64,000 nt of DNA from an uncultured delta proteobacterium (lineage in GTDB: Bacteria > Desulfobacterota > Binatia > UBA9968): NCBI GenBank assembly GCA_963745835.1, contig CAVUZH010000016.1:352001-416000 (forward strand). The letters are read 5' to 3'. Numbering within the stretch: the stretch's first letter is position 1; the number at the start of each line of letters is the position of its first letter. The position numbers and the translations under genes are program-made. Under the pieces are notes generated by a model. That model made no database searches. It saw only the letters and a program-made list of their open reading frames with translations, and had not been told where the DNA came from. Shown piece by piece: positions 19,654 to 31,156 of this stretch.

Positions 19654-20383
19654 CCTGGCGATCCTCGGCAACAACCGGCTGGCGCAGGACTGGATTGCGC
19701 TCAGCAAGGTTAAGGGTCTGGACGCGGAGTTAGTGAGCGATGCCGCACACGTTCAAGCCAACTCATCCTTGGTGGTCGATACTTTAGCCGGCGATGAGGC
19801 AATGAAAAGGCGTACCCTAGAAAAGCTCGACACCGAGTTAGCGCCGTCTGCGGTGATCATCACGTCGTGTCTGGTCGGCTCAACCACTTTGATGGCCTCT
19901 TGGACAGAGCGGCCCGAGCGAGTAGTCGGCTTTGCGACTTTCTACCCGCTTGCAGACAGGAAGATCATAGAGATAGCGGCCGGACTTCGAACCTCTGGCA
20001 GCTCGATGCAGCGAGCGCAAGATCATTTTAAGTCGCTAGGCAAGGAATCCGTGAGGGTGAAGGATGCCGCCGGACTGACTTTTCCCCGGATTCTGAGTTT
20101 AATTATCAATGAAGCTGCGCGCAGCCTCGAAGAAGGCGTGGCTAAAGCTGATGAAATCGACATTGCGATGCGCCTGGGTGTAAATTATCCGATGGGGCCG
20201 TTGCGGTGGGCGGATCAGATCGGCTTAGATGAAGTGCTTGCCGTGCTCGAAGGTCTCGAGCGCGAAACCGGCGACGACCGGTATCGCCCCGCACCCCTCA
20301 TTAAAAAGCTTGTTGTGGCCGGCTTCCTCGGCGAAACCACCGGCAGAGGGTTCTACTCTTACGAAGAGCAGATGAAATCATGA
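19634..20383 (+). CDS. 3-hydroxyacyl-CoA dehydrogenase C-terminal-like protein with degenerate NAD fold
   Basis: [29 protein letters not shown]; no GxGxxG motif. Confidence 0.8.
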   Translation: MSTTKSSLAILGNNRLAQDWIALSKVKGLDAELVSDAAHVQANSSLVVDTLAGDEAMKRRTLEKLDTELAPSAVIITSCLVGSTTLMASWTERPERVVGFATFYPLADRKIIEIAAGLRTSGSSMQRAQDHFKSLGKESVRVKDAAGLTFPRILSLIINEAARSLEEGVAKADEIDIAMRLGVNYPMGPLRWADQIGLDEVLAVLEGLERETGDDRYRPAPLIKKLVVAGFLGETTGRGFYSYEEQMKS

Positions 20384-20459
20384 AAGAATTCGTAGTTAGA
20401 TGTCGCACGCACCCCGGGGCCGTCACACCGGCATCCTGTAATGAAGGTCGGGTGAAACC

Positions 20460-21662
20460 ATGAAAGAAGCTGTCATTGTCGAGGCCGTACGCACGCCCAT
20501 GGGGCGACACAGTGGCATCCTTAAAGACATGCGTACCGATGATCTCGGCGCATACATCATCGCCAAGCTCGTCGAAAGAACCGGCGTCAACAAGGAAGAA
20601 ATCGAAGACGTTTATTTCGGCTGCACCAATCAAGCGGGAGAGGATTCGCGCAATGTCGCCCGCAATGCTTCACTCTTAGCCGGCCTCCCCTATACCATCC
20701 CCGGCGCAACGGTTAACCGTTTGTGCGGCTCGGGCTTGGAAGCGATCAATCAAGCCGGCCGTGCCGCCGAAACCGATCATGGAGACTTGTTCGTCGCCGG
20801 CGGTGTCGAAAGCATGACGCGCGGCCCCTGGGTGATGGGAAAGCCCACCAGTTCTTTTCAACGCGGCGATGTGACTATGTATGATAGCTCGCTGGGCTGG
20901 CGCTTTCCGAATAAGCGGATGGGCGAGCTTTATTCCCTGATCAATAACGGCGAGACCGCCGAGAATGTTGCCGAGAAATACCAAATCAGCCGCGAGGACC
21001 AAGACGCATTTGCGTTATCCAGTCACAAGAAGGCTTTAAAAGCGCAAGATCAAGGGCTGCTTCGAGACGAGATCATTGCCGTCGAGATTCCACAGAGAAA
21101 AGGCGCGCCGATGGTGCATGAGAAAGACGAAGGACCCCGCGCCGACACTTCATTGGAAAGGCTCGCGGCTCTGCAACCCGCCTTCAAAAAGGGCGGCTCG
21201 GTGACGGCTGGCAATTCCTCGCCGCTCTCCGATGGCGCAGCGGCTTTGCTGATTGCCACCCGTGAAAAGGCCGAGCAACTGCGGCTCAAGCCGATGGCCC
21301 GTATCATCGCCTCGGCGGCCGCGGGCGTTCATCCTAACTACATGGGCATCGGGCCGATTCCAGCGGCTCAGAAAGCCATGAAACGCGCCGGACTCACTAT
21401 AGATCAAATCGATTTAGTCGAAATTAACGAAGCCTTTGCTTCACAGGTGCTCGCCTGCGCGCGCGAGCTCGGCATCGATCTAAATAAGTTAAACGTCAAT
21501 GGCGGCGCCATCGCTCTCGGACATCCCCTCGGATGTAGCGGCGCGCGCATCATGACCACGCTGGTTCACGAGATGAAGAGACGCGGCAGCCGCTATGGGC
21601 TGGCCACAATGTGCATCGGCGTCGGTCAAGGCATCGCGACGATTGTGGAGCGGATCAACTGA
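20460..21662 (+). CDS. paaJ: Thiolase (PaaJ/PcaF type)
   Basis: [36 protein letters not shown]. Confidence 0.88.
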   Translation: MKEAVIVEAVRTPMGRHSGILKDMRTDDLGAYIIAKLVERTGVNKEEIEDVYFGCTNQAGEDSRNVARNASLLAGLPYTIPGATVNRLCGSGLEAINQAGRAAETDHGDLFVAGGVESMTRGPWVMGKPTSSFQRGDVTMYDSSLGWRFPNKRMGELYSLINNGETAENVAEKYQISREDQDAFALSSHKKALKAQDQGLLRDEIIAVEIPQRKGAPMVHEKDEGPRADTSLERLAALQPAFKKGGSVTAGNSSPLSDGAAALLIATREKAEQLRLKPMARIIASAAAGVHPNYMGIGPIPAAQKAMKRAGLTIDQIDLVEINEAFASQVLACARELGIDLNKLNVNGGAIALGHPLGCSGARIMTTLVHEMKRRGSRYGLATMCIGVGQGIATIVERIN

Positions 21663-21764
21663 TTGCCTGTCAAGCTTCCGGGCAAGCTAATGGGGCGCAG
21701 CCAGCCGAGAAAGCTCGCTGAACACCACTGCCGTTCTTGCTAGCTCGCTCATCCCTCGCAGCGC

Positions 21765-24428
21765 ATGAGATTGTCGAAAAAATCCATTTCGCTTGCGCTG
21801 GGCGCGGTCATCTTCGCCGCCGTCGCGCTGGTGTACTGTGTCAATCTTCTCGTCGCTACCAGGCGCGATCTCGTCTACGAGGAGCTCCAAAGGTTCGCCG
21901 GCAAAGACATCGCTTTCGACGAATTCGAAGTGACGTTGCTGACTGGGCTCGGTTTTTCCGCAAAAGAATTCCGAATCGCCGACAGCCCGGTTTTTGCCGC
22001 AACTCCATTGCTACGAGCAAAGGAACTCAGGATGGGTGTGAGCCTGCTCTCCCTGATGCTCGGCAGAATCGTTATCAATAAACTAACCTTCATCGAACCG
22101 GAATTTCAGATCATCACCAACGAAGAAGGTGTGATAAATATCTCATCGCTCGAAGACCGGAGGAGAGAGCTTGTCGACTTGCCCAAAGCACGCTCGTCCG
22201 CTTCAAAAAGAGAGCTCAGCTCAGTCAATTTTGTTGTTACCAACTTCCAAATTAAGAATGGTCGCATAGACTTTATCGATCGTTCGGTGCGTGCGCCGGC
22301 GGAAATGCAGATCAAGCGCGTCGACATAAATCTCCAAGGAATCAACCCCAATGGCCGAGCGAAAATGACCTTGGCCGCGTCGTTAAGCGAAAGTTTAGGT
22401 CAGGACGTGCGAGTAGCCGGATATTTAGGACCATTCGCTCGGGGCAAAGGATGGAAAGAACAGCCCGTCGAAGTCAATGTGGAGTTCGACTCGTTATTCG
22501 TGCCGCTACTCACCCGGGCCGTTCCTTTCTTCCGAGACAAAATTCCGCCGGAGCTCGATATCGCCGGGCCGCTATCGTTGCGCGCCAAGCTGGCCGGCGT
22601 TCTGGCTCGCCCCCAGGTTTTGGACTTTATCGTCAAAGCGCCGATCTTGGGCTCTTTAGACTATAACGCGGTCCTGAACGGCTCGGTGGATCTTTCCGCA
22701 AACGGACTCTGGTCAGAAGCTCAACTCAAGGGCAATCTTCGTCTGACTTCCATCGATATCACCCGTCTTCAAGGCACGAGCATGCTTCAGGACCTCTTGC
22801 CTATTGCTCTGAGCGGAGATGGTGAGGTCAGCGTCGAGAGTGTCATCGAAGGAACATGGAATAGGTTGCGCTTGGGGACAATAGTGCGGGCCCGGAACAG
22901 TGAGATTCGCTACGGCACTTGGCTGCGCAAGCCAAGAGGAATCGCCGCTGAATGGTCATCGAAAATTTCACGGCAGGATAACAGATTTGTTATTCACGAA
23001 TCGGTTCTGACATTGGGCAGCACCAGAACAAACCTCTCAGGCGTTTATGAATATGGCTCGAGAGCTCGCCTGCAACTCAGAGCCCGCGCCGATCGGTCCG
23101 ATTTGTCTCAGGTGCTCGAGTTCTTTCCAGCGCTGCAGGCGTTTCGAGCAACCGGGAACTTGCACGGTGAAGTTCTCGCTTCGAAAGTGATGATCGGCGA
23201 CTCGTCCTGGAGTATGAACGGCAAACTTGAGATCAGTGAAGCGGAGTTAAGAAATGAGAACAGCAGGCGTAAGCTGGAGCGCCTAAGTGTCAGCCTTCTC
23301 TTACTTGGCAAGCAGGCCCGCATCGAAAACGCCGCGTTTCGGGTCAGGTCTTCTGACATCGCAATGACAGGAGCAGTGGCCGACCTGGCGACTCCCACGC
23401 TAACCTACGAGCTTCGCTCAGCGAATTTACATCTGGCCGATCTTGCCGATTTTCCAGTGGCGAAATCGGATCGCCTGCAAAACGTCAGATTGAGCGGCAA
23501 GCTCACGTTGGAAGACGGGACGCCACGGATGCGAGGCACGGTGTCGTCGTCGCAGGGTACGCTGCACGATGTCCCGTATCTCGACCTGCGTAGCGCGATA
23601 ACTTGGTCGGCAGCAGAGATCAGCCTCAGAGATCTTTCTTTTCGCGCTTTAAACGGGAGCTGGCGCAGCCGCGAGGTGTCAATCACCGAGACCGGCAAAT
23701 CTCAACGCCTGGAACTCTCCTCTCAATTGACCTCGGTGGATCTAACGGCTTTACTCACAAGCAAACTGCCGGCGTCCAAAGATCGCATAGAGGGTCGGCT
23801 GAATTTTCAAGGAGAATTCAGTGCTGAGGCGCACAACGGCGGAATGAAACCCGGCTCCTTGCAAGGCTCTGGAGAAACCCGGATTCCCGGCGGAACACTC
23901 AAAAATTTCAATTTGATCGCGCTCATGATCTCTCGAATCGGCAGTTCTGGGTCGCTGATCTCGCTTCAGCTATCGCCGAGTTTAGCCGAGTTGGCGAAAT
24001 CCAAGGACACCCCATTCGAAAATATCGAGGCGGAGGTCTTATTTAATCAAGAAGTGATTCGCACCGAAACTTTACAGTTTACAACCGCAGACTATCGGAT
24101 CAAGGCAGCGGGATGGATGATGCTTGACCAGGTAACCCGATGGAACGGAATGTTGGTCTTGTCGCTCCGAATCAGTCAGGAGCTCTTGCGCGAGAACAAG
24201 AGTCTGCGCTATCTCATAGACCGGAGCGGTCAAATCAATTTGCCATTCCGTGCCGAAGGCACTCTGGCGAACTTGCGAGTACGACCCGACACCCGCATCA
24301 TCGCGCAGATCGTCCGGCGCGGCTCTCTGCCGAAAACGATCGAGCCACCGCCAATCGACAAACGACCGGAGGCGCAAGAACAGAAAGAATCCCTCCCGGC
24401 AGAACTCGAGCAATTTTTGAGCCGCTAA
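21765..24428 (+). CDS. AsmA-family protein
   Basis: N-terminal TM anchor, long beta-rich body, AsmA-like C-terminus. Confidence 0.75.
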   Translation: MRLSKKSISLALGAVIFAAVALVYCVNLLVATRRDLVYEELQRFAGKDIAFDEFEVTLLTGLGFSAKEFRIADSPVFAATPLLRAKELRMGVSLLSLMLGRIVINKLTFIEPEFQIITNEEGVINISSLEDRRRELVDLPKARSSASKRELSSVNFVVTNFQIKNGRIDFIDRSVRAPAEMQIKRVDINLQGINPNGRAKMTLAASLSESLGQDVRVAGYLGPFARGKGWKEQPVEVNVEFDSLFVPLLTRAVPFFRDKIPPELDIAGPLSLRAKLAGVLARPQVLDFIVKAPILGSLDYNAVLNGSVDLSANGLWSEAQLKGNLRLTSIDITRLQGTSMLQDLLPIALSGDGEVSVESVIEGTWNRLRLGTIVRARNSEIRYGTWLRKPRGIAAEWSSKISRQDNRFVIHESVLTLGSTRTNLSGVYEYGSRARLQLRARADRSDLSQVLEFFPALQAFRATGNLHGEVLASKVMIGDSSWSMNGKLEISEAELRNENSRRKLERLSVSLLLLGKQARIENAAFRVRSSDIAMTGAVADLATPTLTYELRSANLHLADLADFPVAKSDRLQNVRLSGKLTLEDGTPRMRGTVSSSQGTLHDVPYLDLRSAITWSAAEISLRDLSFRALNGSWRSREVSITETGKSQRLELSSQLTSVDLTALLTSKLPASKDRIEGRLNFQGEFSAEAHNGGMKPGSLQGSGETRIPGGTLKNFNLIALMISRIGSSGSLISLQLSPSLAELAKSKDTPFENIEAEVLFNQEVIRTETLQFTTADYRIKAAGWMMLDQVTRWNGMLVLSLRISQELLRENKSLRYLIDRSGQINLPFRAEGTLANLRVRPDTRIIAQIVRRGSLPKTIEPPPIDKRPEAQEQKESLPAELEQFLSR

Positions 24429-24431
24429 GGC

Positions 24432-24698
24432 ATGACCTTGGTTCCCATCTACTTGGAAATTTGCCCTTCAGATATCGCGTATATCAAATTCATTTTAGAG
24501 TCCTATGAAGAAGTCGGCATCATTCGCACGATCGATCGCAAGAAGGCCATCATCGTGCTTTTAGCCGTTTCAGACTTTATCGAGGTTGCCCGCGCGATAG
24601 TAAAATCACTGCAGCAGGAAGTCACCTTGATCGAAATCCCGCCTCCGCCGGACCTAAGCGATGACTGGCTGATGACGGAGCTTGCGATTGATCCGTGA
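24432..24698 (+). CDS. DUF4911-like small protein
   Basis: DIAYIKFILESYEEVGIIRTID motif. Confidence 0.7.
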   Translation: MTLVPIYLEICPSDIAYIKFILESYEEVGIIRTIDRKKAIIVLLAVSDFIEVARAIVKSLQQEVTLIEIPPPPDLSDDWLMTELAIDP

Positions 24699-24766
24699 CG
24701 GACGTGATCATCAGTTCAGTCAGAGCTGATTGCAAACCGTCAGGTTCCATTAGATCTTGAAATTAT

Positions 24767-26941
24767 ATGACGCGCAGATCCGCAACCGCAGCGACAGAAT
24801 CGCCGCAGGTACTAGAAAAAATTTCCAATCTCTTCAAGGGAAAGCCGCGCCTGCGCTTAACCCCGGTAGAAATTTCCCGTAGGGCCGGCTTCAAACAGGA
24901 CGACCTACAAACCATCATCGATTCCTTGCGCCGGTTGGTGCGCGAAGGAAGATTGGTCCGACTAAAGAAGAACCACTACGGATTACCCGATTGCGATAAC
25001 CTGATAACGGGCAGAGTCCACGCCCATCCCGACGGCTACGGCTTCCTCATTCTCGACGAAAAGAGCGCTGTGGATCTCTACTTAAATCGGCGCGAGATGC
25101 GTCGTGTCATGCATGGCGATCGCATCATGGTACGGGTCGATCGGAACAAACGCGGCGGCTTGGAAACTCACATAGTCCAGGTGCTCGAAAGGGCTCACAA
25201 ACGTCTGATTGGTACTTACGAAGAAATCGAAGGTCACGGCTACTTAGTCCCGATGGATCCGAGAATCGCTCCGGTGATCCCGCTAACTCGAGGACATGAG
25301 CGGCCCGAAAAGGGCAAGATCATTGCTGCTGAAATTTCTCGCTACGGGACCGCGACGTCGCCGCCACAAGCCGAGCTCCTGAAAGTCATCGGCAATCCGG
25401 ACGATCCCGAGGTGCAGGTGCAATCCATCGTGTTCCGTTATGGACTGAGCACCAGCTTCCCGCCCGAGGTCCACCGAGAGACAAGCAGCGCCTCCTTTGT
25501 TGTCAGTGCTGATGAAATCGCCTCCCGTACAGACCTGCGTGGTTTGCCGATTGTCACCATCGATGGTGAGCGGGCACGCGATTTCGATGATGCCGTTTAC
25601 GTGCGCAAGACCGACGAAGGTTATGAGCTCTACGTTTGCATTGCTGATGTCGCGTATTATGTCAGCCCCGCAACCGCCCTGGACCAGGAAGCTTACAGCC
25701 GGGCCACCAGCGTCTATTTTCCCGACCGTGCCATCCCCATGCTTCCGGAGGCGCTCTCCAACGGCATCTGCAGCCTCAATCCCCATGAGGACCGGCTGAC
25801 GAAAACCGCGTGCATTGAATACAGCGCCAAAGGCGAAGTCATAGGCAGCCGCTTTTTCAATTCGGTGATCCGCAGCCGAGAGCGCATGACCTATACCGAC
25901 GTGCGCCGAATCCTGGTAGATCGTGATCCCGCAACAATCGAACGCTATGCCGATCTCGTGCCCCAGTTTGAATTGATGGAAGAGCTCACATTGCTGATTT
26001 TTGACAAACGCAAAGCGCGGGGCAATCTAGATTTCGATCTACCGGAAGCGGAGATCATTCTCGACATTCAAGGAGTGCCGGAAGACATTATCCGGGCCGA
26101 GCGCAACATCGCTCATCGCATCATCGAGGAATTCATGATCGCCGCTAACGAGGCGGTGGCGCGTCATTTAACCGCAAAGGAGTTGCCTGCGCTTTATCGC
26201 GTGCACGAGGGACCGGAGAAAGAATCTCTTGAAGCGGTGGCGCCCTTCCTATTGAGTCTAGGATACCGGCTGCCGCTGAAGAAAGACAAAATCGCGCCCC
26301 TGGAAATGCAAAACCTGCTCGAGGCTGCTCGCGGCAAGCCCGAGGAGAGAGTGCTCAATCGTGTTCTCTTGAGAGCAATGAAACAAGCGCTGTACCAACC
26401 CGAAAACATCGGCCACTTCGGACTAGCCTCCAGATGCTACACGCATTTCACTTCGCCGATCCGGCGCTATCCCGATTTGATCGTGCACCGGATGCTCGAC
26501 AAAGCGCTTCGAGGCGAGAAATTGACAAGTGCTGGGCGTGAAGATCTCTCGTCCGATCTAGTAGAAGCCGGCAAGCACACTTCCGACAGGGAGCGAAATG
26601 CCATGGACGCCGAACGAGAGATGGTCGCGCTGAAGAAAACCCAATTCATGATGGATAAGATCGGTGAGGAGTTCAGCGGCTTCATCACCAGCTTGACGAA
26701 CTTCGGATTTTTCGTCGAGCTCGACAGCTATTTCGTTGAAGGGCTAGTGAAAATCGCATCGCTTACCGATGACGATTATTACTATTACGAAAAAGAATAC
26801 CTGATTAAAGGCTTGCGTCACGGGCGAAAGTTCCGTTTGGGCGACAACGTGACGGTCAAGGTCGCGCGCATCAATGCGTTCCGGAACGAGATCGATTTTG
26901 AATTAAGTTCACTCGTAGCGCAGCGCGTCGATGGGATCTAA
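24767..26941 (+). CDS. rnr: Ribonuclease R
   Basis: HPDGYGF, TIDGERARDFDDA, HFTSPIRRYPDL, C-terminal S1 domain. Confidence 0.95.
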   Translation: MTRRSATAATESPQVLEKISNLFKGKPRLRLTPVEISRRAGFKQDDLQTIIDSLRRLVREGRLVRLKKNHYGLPDCDNLITGRVHAHPDGYGFLILDEKSAVDLYLNRREMRRVMHGDRIMVRVDRNKRGGLETHIVQVLERAHKRLIGTYEEIEGHGYLVPMDPRIAPVIPLTRGHERPEKGKIIAAEISRYGTATSPPQAELLKVIGNPDDPEVQVQSIVFRYGLSTSFPPEVHRETSSASFVVSADEIASRTDLRGLPIVTIDGERARDFDDAVYVRKTDEGYELYVCIADVAYYVSPATALDQEAYSRATSVYFPDRAIPMLPEALSNGICSLNPHEDRLTKTACIEYSAKGEVIGSRFFNSVIRSRERMTYTDVRRILVDRDPATIERYADLVPQFELMEELTLLIFDKRKARGNLDFDLPEAEIILDIQGVPEDIIRAERNIAHRIIEEFMIAANEAVARHLTAKELPALYRVHEGPEKESLEAVAPFLLSLGYRLPLKKDKIAPLEMQNLLEAARGKPEERVLNRVLLRAMKQALYQPENIGHFGLASRCYTHFTSPIRRYPDLIVHRMLDKALRGEKLTSAGREDLSSDLVEAGKHTSDRERNAMDAEREMVALKKTQFMMDKIGEEFSGFITSLTNFGFFVELDSYFVEGLVKIASLTDDDYYYYEKEYLIKGLRHGRKFRLGDNVTVKVARINAFRNEIDFELSSLVAQRVDGI

Positions 26942-28126
26942 ATTCGCCGCTTTTCTGGCGGGATAGAAGCCGAAGAATACTCCGACGGCGCCGGAAAAGA
27001 AAAAGGCGATGGCAATGATGGTGGTGCTGATGTGAGTGGGCCACTGCGCCCAGTCATTGAGGATCTCGGAGCTGCCGATACCGAGCAATATCCCGATACA
27101 GCCTCCGGTTGCCGCCATGACCACGGCCTCGACTAAAAATTGCAGCATGATGTCTTTGCGGCGGGCTCCCACTGCCATGCGAATGCCAATTTCACGAGTG
27201 CGCTCGGTCACCGAAACCAGCATGATGTTCATGATCCCAATCCCGCCGACCAGTAGAGAGATCGAAGCCACGGTGCCGAGCAGCACGGCCATGACCCGCG
27301 CGCTGCTTGAGGCAGCCTCGGCGATGTCCGAGAGATTACGAATGTAAAAGTCGTCTTCACGATCCGGCCCGATGCGGTGTCGCTGGCGCAATAGCGCGGT
27401 GATCTGGGCTTGCGCTTCCGGCAGGCGTTCGGCATTGATAGCCGAGGCAACGATACTTTGCACGAACGTGATGCGCATCAAACGTTTTTGCATGGTCGTA
27501 TAAGGAATGATGATCGTGTCATCTTGATCCGTCCCTTGGCTCGTTTGCCCTTTGGTGGCAAGCACACCGACAACCCGAAAGGGGATGTTTCTGATGCGAA
27601 TGACGGCATCGATGGGATCGTCACTCCCAAATAACTGATTAACCACGGTCTCGCCGACAACCGCTACCTTGGCGGCGCTCTCGATATCGCCATCGTGAAT
27701 AAATCGTCCTTCGGCGACCTGCCAATCGCGAATCTGCTGGAATTCCGGCGCGACTCCTTGTGTGAGGGTGAGCCAGTTAAGATTGCCCGCCACCACTTGT
27801 TCGGGACGACGCAAAGCTGGGGAAGCGAAGGCGACGGCGGGGAGCTCTCGCATCATCGCTTTGGCATCCCCATCGACGAGTGTATTGACACCTCCCGACC
27901 CGGTTCGTACTCCGCCCTGCACTGACGTCCCCGGCAAGATGATCAAAACGTTGGTGCCTAAACTGGCGATCTGAGACCGAATGGTTGCCTTGGCTCCTTC
28001 ACCAATCGCTACCATTGCGATGACAGCGCCGACTCCGATAATGATACCAAGCATCGTGAGAAAAGCCCGCAGCTTGTTTCTCATTAGAGCACGGAGCGCG
28101 ATCCGCAGTGTCATGAACAACATCAT
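26909..28126 (-). CDS. MacB-like ABC permease
   Basis: LTMLGIIIGV, VGGIGIMNIMLVSVTERTREIGIRMAVGA, LDPIDALRYE. Confidence 0.93.
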   Translation of the reverse strand: MMLFMTLRIALRALMRNKLRAFLTMLGIIIGVGAVIAMVAIGEGAKATIRSQIASLGTNVLIILPGTSVQGGVRTGSGGVNTLVDGDAKAMMRELPAVAFASPALRRPEQVVAGNLNWLTLTQGVAPEFQQIRDWQVAEGRFIHDGDIESAAKVAVVGETVVNQLFGSDDPIDAVIRIRNIPFRVVGVLATKGQTSQGTDQDDTIIIPYTTMQKRLMRITFVQSIVASAINAERLPEAQAQITALLRQRHRIGPDREDDFYIRNLSDIAEAASSSARVMAVLLGTVASISLLVGGIGIMNIMLVSVTERTREIGIRMAVGARRKDIMLQFLVEAVVMAATGGCIGILLGIGSSEILNDWAQWPTHISTTIIAIAFFFSGAVGVFFGFYPARKAANLDPIDALRYE

Positions 28127-28840
28127 TCAGAGTCCCATCGATGATCGACGTGATTCGGTCATTTGATCGGAAATGATCAAGCCGTCCTTGAAATGGATTT
28201 GACGCTTGGCGTACTCGGCGATATCGACTTCGTGAGTCACCAAAACGATGGTAATACCCTGATCCCGATTAAGTCTTTGAAACAGACTCATAATTTCGGC
28301 GCTGGTGACGGAGTCGAGATTTCCGGTGGGCTCGTCGGCGAGAATCAACGACGGCCGGTTGACTAAAGCTCTGGCGATGGCCACCCGCTGCTGCTGCCCG
28401 CCCGAAAGTTGATTGGTCGTATGATTAAGACGCTCCTCGAGACCGACCAGCCCGAGCACTTCAAGAGCTCGCTGATGCCGTTGTCTGCCGCTACAGCCGC
28501 TGTACATCATCGGCAGCTCAACATTTTCCAAGGCGGTGGTGCGTGCAAGCAAATTAAAGCCCTGAAACACGAAACCGATACGTTGGTTGCGAATATCCGC
28601 CCATTGATCCGCAGTCAATGCGCCGACTTCATCGCCGTCAAGAAAGTACTTCCCGCTGGTCGGGCGATCGAGACAGCCGAGTATATTCATAAAGGTCGAC
28701 TTGCCCGAGCCGGAAGAACCCATCACCGCAACGAACTCGCCAGTTCCCATGGCCAGAGTCACACCGCGCAACGCCGGCACCTCCATGTCACCCATGCGGT
28801 ATTTTTTCACCAAATCTCTGACCCGGATGAGCTCGGTCAT
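28127..28840 (-). CDS. MacB/LolD-like ABC ATP-binding protein
   Basis: [27 protein letters not shown]. Confidence 0.93.
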   Translation of the reverse strand: MTELIRVRDLVKKYRMGDMEVPALRGVTLAMGTGEFVAVMGSSGSGKSTFMNILGCLDRPTSGKYFLDGDEVGALTADQWADIRNQRIGFVFQGFNLLARTTALENVELPMMYSGCSGRQRHQRALEVLGLVGLEERLNHTTNQLSGGQQQRVAIARALVNRPSLILADEPTGNLDSVTSAEIMSLFQRLNRDQGITIVLVTHEVDIAEYAKRQIHFKDGLIISDQMTESRRSSMGL

Positions 28841-30132
28841 CGGAAGCCGAAACCGCGAGACGGCTGCGGCTGAAATGGATTGGCCACCGCTGGACCGCTA
28901 GAATCAGTGCTGCTCATGCCGATGATCACCGGATCATTTTCTTTGACATCGCCGCTTCTAACTTCGGTTCTCGATCCATCGGTAATGCCTAGCTGAATTT
29001 CCACTGGTTGAGCTTTATCGTCCCTGAGGAGATAGATACGCGCCCGCCTGGTTCCCCCGCCCGCAGCGCCACTTCCACGCGCGGCGCTTTGACGGCTGGT
29101 CCGCCTCTCTCCGACCTTTGGCGCGGTTCGGCTCTGTTCGCGGCGCAAAAGTTCCTGCGCTTCTTCTTTCTCCTCAGGCGGTTTGAAGCGCATTGCCATA
29201 TTCGGGATGGTCAGGACATCTTCTTTTCGGCTGACCAGAAATTGCACATTGGCAGTCATACCGGGTTTGAGCAGCAACTCTTTATTGTCGATGCGGACGA
29301 CCGCGACGTAGGTCACGACATTTTGCACGACAATGGGCGCATTGCGCACCTGATGTACGCGCCCCCTAAAGCGTCGCGACGGAAAGGCGTCCACTGTGAA
29401 CGTGACTTCCTGCGCTTCTCTAACGTTACCGACATCCGCCTCATCGACATTGGTATGAACTTCCATTTGCGCCAAGTCGTTGGCAATCGTAAACAGCGTC
29501 GGCGCCTGAAGTGAAGCCGCCACCGTTTGACCGACATCGACGTTTCTTGAGATCACGAGTCCGTCCACAGGCGAGCGAATCACCGTGTTATTGAGATCTA
29601 CTGTCGCTTGCGTCACTGAGGCTTGAGCCTGCGCCGCCTGCGCCCGGTTCACCTCCACCTGGGCAACGGCGGCGTCGTACGCCGCCTGCGCGGCGTCAAG
29701 ATCGCTTTGCGCCATCAAGTCTTTCGTTCTCAGCTGCCGGTTGCGTTCGAGGGTACGCAACGTATCGGCCACGCCAACCTTACTTTTCTCGATATTCGAC
29801 TGCGCCGCGAGCAAATTCGCGCGCGCCTGATCTTCGGCAGCCCTAAATTTGTCCTGATTCAGTTGGGCAACAATCTGCCCGGCTTTTACTTTGGTGTTGA
29901 AATCGGCGAAGAGCTTTTCGATGGTTCCGGAAACCTGGCTGCCGACTTGCACAGTGACCACCGCCTGCAGAGTTCCGGTTGATGAGACCACCTGGGTGAT
30001 ATTTGCCGTTTGTACCGGCGTGGTGACGTATGGAGATTCTTTGGGGCTATCGCTTAGCTGCCACCAGCCGGCGACACCCAGCCCAATGACGCTTGCCGCT
30101 GCGATCCAGGCGATGGCTTTTTTGCGATTCAC
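28837..30132 (-). CDS. MacA-like periplasmic adaptor (membrane fusion protein)
   Basis: VQVGSQVSG, IRSPVDG, GQTVAASLQAPTLF, LKPGMTA. Confidence 0.92.
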   Translation of the reverse strand: MNRKKAIAWIAAASVIGLGVAGWWQLSDSPKESPYVTTPVQTANITQVVSSTGTLQAVVTVQVGSQVSGTIEKLFADFNTKVKAGQIVAQLNQDKFRAAEDQARANLLAAQSNIEKSKVGVADTLRTLERNRQLRTKDLMAQSDLDAAQAAYDAAVAQVEVNRAQAAQAQASVTQATVDLNNTVIRSPVDGLVISRNVDVGQTVAASLQAPTLFTIANDLAQMEVHTNVDEADVGNVREAQEVTFTVDAFPSRRFRGRVHQVRNAPIVVQNVVTYVAVVRIDNKELLLKPGMTANVQFLVSRKEDVLTIPNMAMRFKPPEEKEEAQELLRREQSRTAPKVGERRTSRQSAARGSGAAGGGTRRARIYLLRDDKAQPVEIQLGITDGSRTEVRSGDVKENDPVIIGMSSTDSSGPAVANPFQPQPSRGFGFR

Positions 30133-30605
30133 TATTTTTCTTTCAAGCCTCGAAAAACTTTCGCGGCAAAATCGTTGGGATCACGCTGAGTCATTCGGCG
30201 GTAAGTTAATCCGGTAGTTATCTCGGCATTGGGTTCCTGATCCTCGATCACCTGCTCCAGAGTCACGCGAAACCGTGAAACCGCAGGAGTGCCGGACATT
30301 TCAGCTTCGGTCTGGCTCACCGTTCCCTTGAGATAATAATTCAGCGCGTGATCGGCGATCATCAAGGTCACCTTACCGCTTTGCCTGAGATTATTAGCCG
30401 TTGAGCTGTTCTTCCACAGCGCCATATCGATAGTACGTGGATTCTTGGCCACCATTTCGTAATACGACAGCAAAGCCGGATGAGGCCAGCCGTATTCATC
30501 CACCGTGAAAATCGGGATGATCTTACCTTCATAGGATTCCACATCCCGTCCATCCAATCGGCTCAATAGCTCTAGGGTCAACTCATTGCCCAATACTTGT
30601 GACAT
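30132..30605 (-). CDS. Split-barrel FMN-binding (PNPOx-like) protein, candidate prFMN maturase
   Basis: TVDEYGWPHPALLS, STANNLRQSGKVTL; AAGGA SD before MSQVLG. Confidence 0.7.
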   Translation of the reverse strand: MSQVLGNELTLELLSRLDGRDVESYEGKIIPIFTVDEYGWPHPALLSYYEMVAKNPRTIDMALWKNSSTANNLRQSGKVTLMIADHALNYYLKGTVSQTEAEMSGTPAVSRFRVTLEQVIEDQEPNAEITTGLTYRRMTQRDPNDFAAKVFRGLKEK

Positions 30606-30618
30606 TGTCCATCCTTTG

Positions 30619-31098
30619 CTATGCCTGCTCCCTGAACTGCAACTCCTGCCGTTTGCCGAAACCCTGCTCGTTATCGATGAAATATATTTTTTCAGGAACG
30701 ACGCAGTAAAATTTGACTTTAAGAAAGGCCTGGTAAAAAACTCCGCTGCCGGGGGTCGTGAAAAGCTTAATAACCTCAGGATACTTGCGCGCATAAACGG
30801 CCATCGCCTTGGTTTTCTCCAGAGTTGAATCCACCAGCAGCCCTTTTCCTTCCAGCTGAATTCCTTTAATCCGGCGCCAATCCTTGTAATCCTCTTGGAT
30901 CGTGACTGCAACTCGAGCGTTGACAGCGAGATTTTGACAATGGCGCGATTGCGGCGCCGAAAAAAAATAGAGCTTCCATTCTTCACTGGCGTAAAACACC
31001 GTGGCTGCCCACGGCACCTCGTTGGCGCAAGTCGCCAATGTCATGGTGTTATGAGTCTGGAGGTAGTGGATAACCTGCTGCTCTAGATCGTCAGGCAT
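30619..31098 (-). CDS. PNPOx-like protein (YhbP type)
   Basis: MTLAT..PWAATVFY, SRHCQNL, IKGIQLEG, FIDNEQGFGKR. Confidence 0.82.
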   Translation of the reverse strand: MPDDLEQQVIHYLQTHNTMTLATCANEVPWAATVFYASEEWKLYFFSAPQSRHCQNLAVNARVAVTIQEDYKDWRRIKGIQLEGKGLLVDSTLEKTKAMAVYARKYPEVIKLFTTPGSGVFYQAFLKVKFYCVVPEKIYFIDNEQGFGKRQELQFREQA

Positions 31099-31156
31099 AA
31101 AAGCCACCGGCACCAAATAAGCTTAGGATTTATAGATCGAACTGAGATCGAGACGC

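Noticed and set aside
26909-26941. 33-nt convergent overlap of rnr and the permease
   Set aside because: Short 3' overlaps are common and could also arise from an indel
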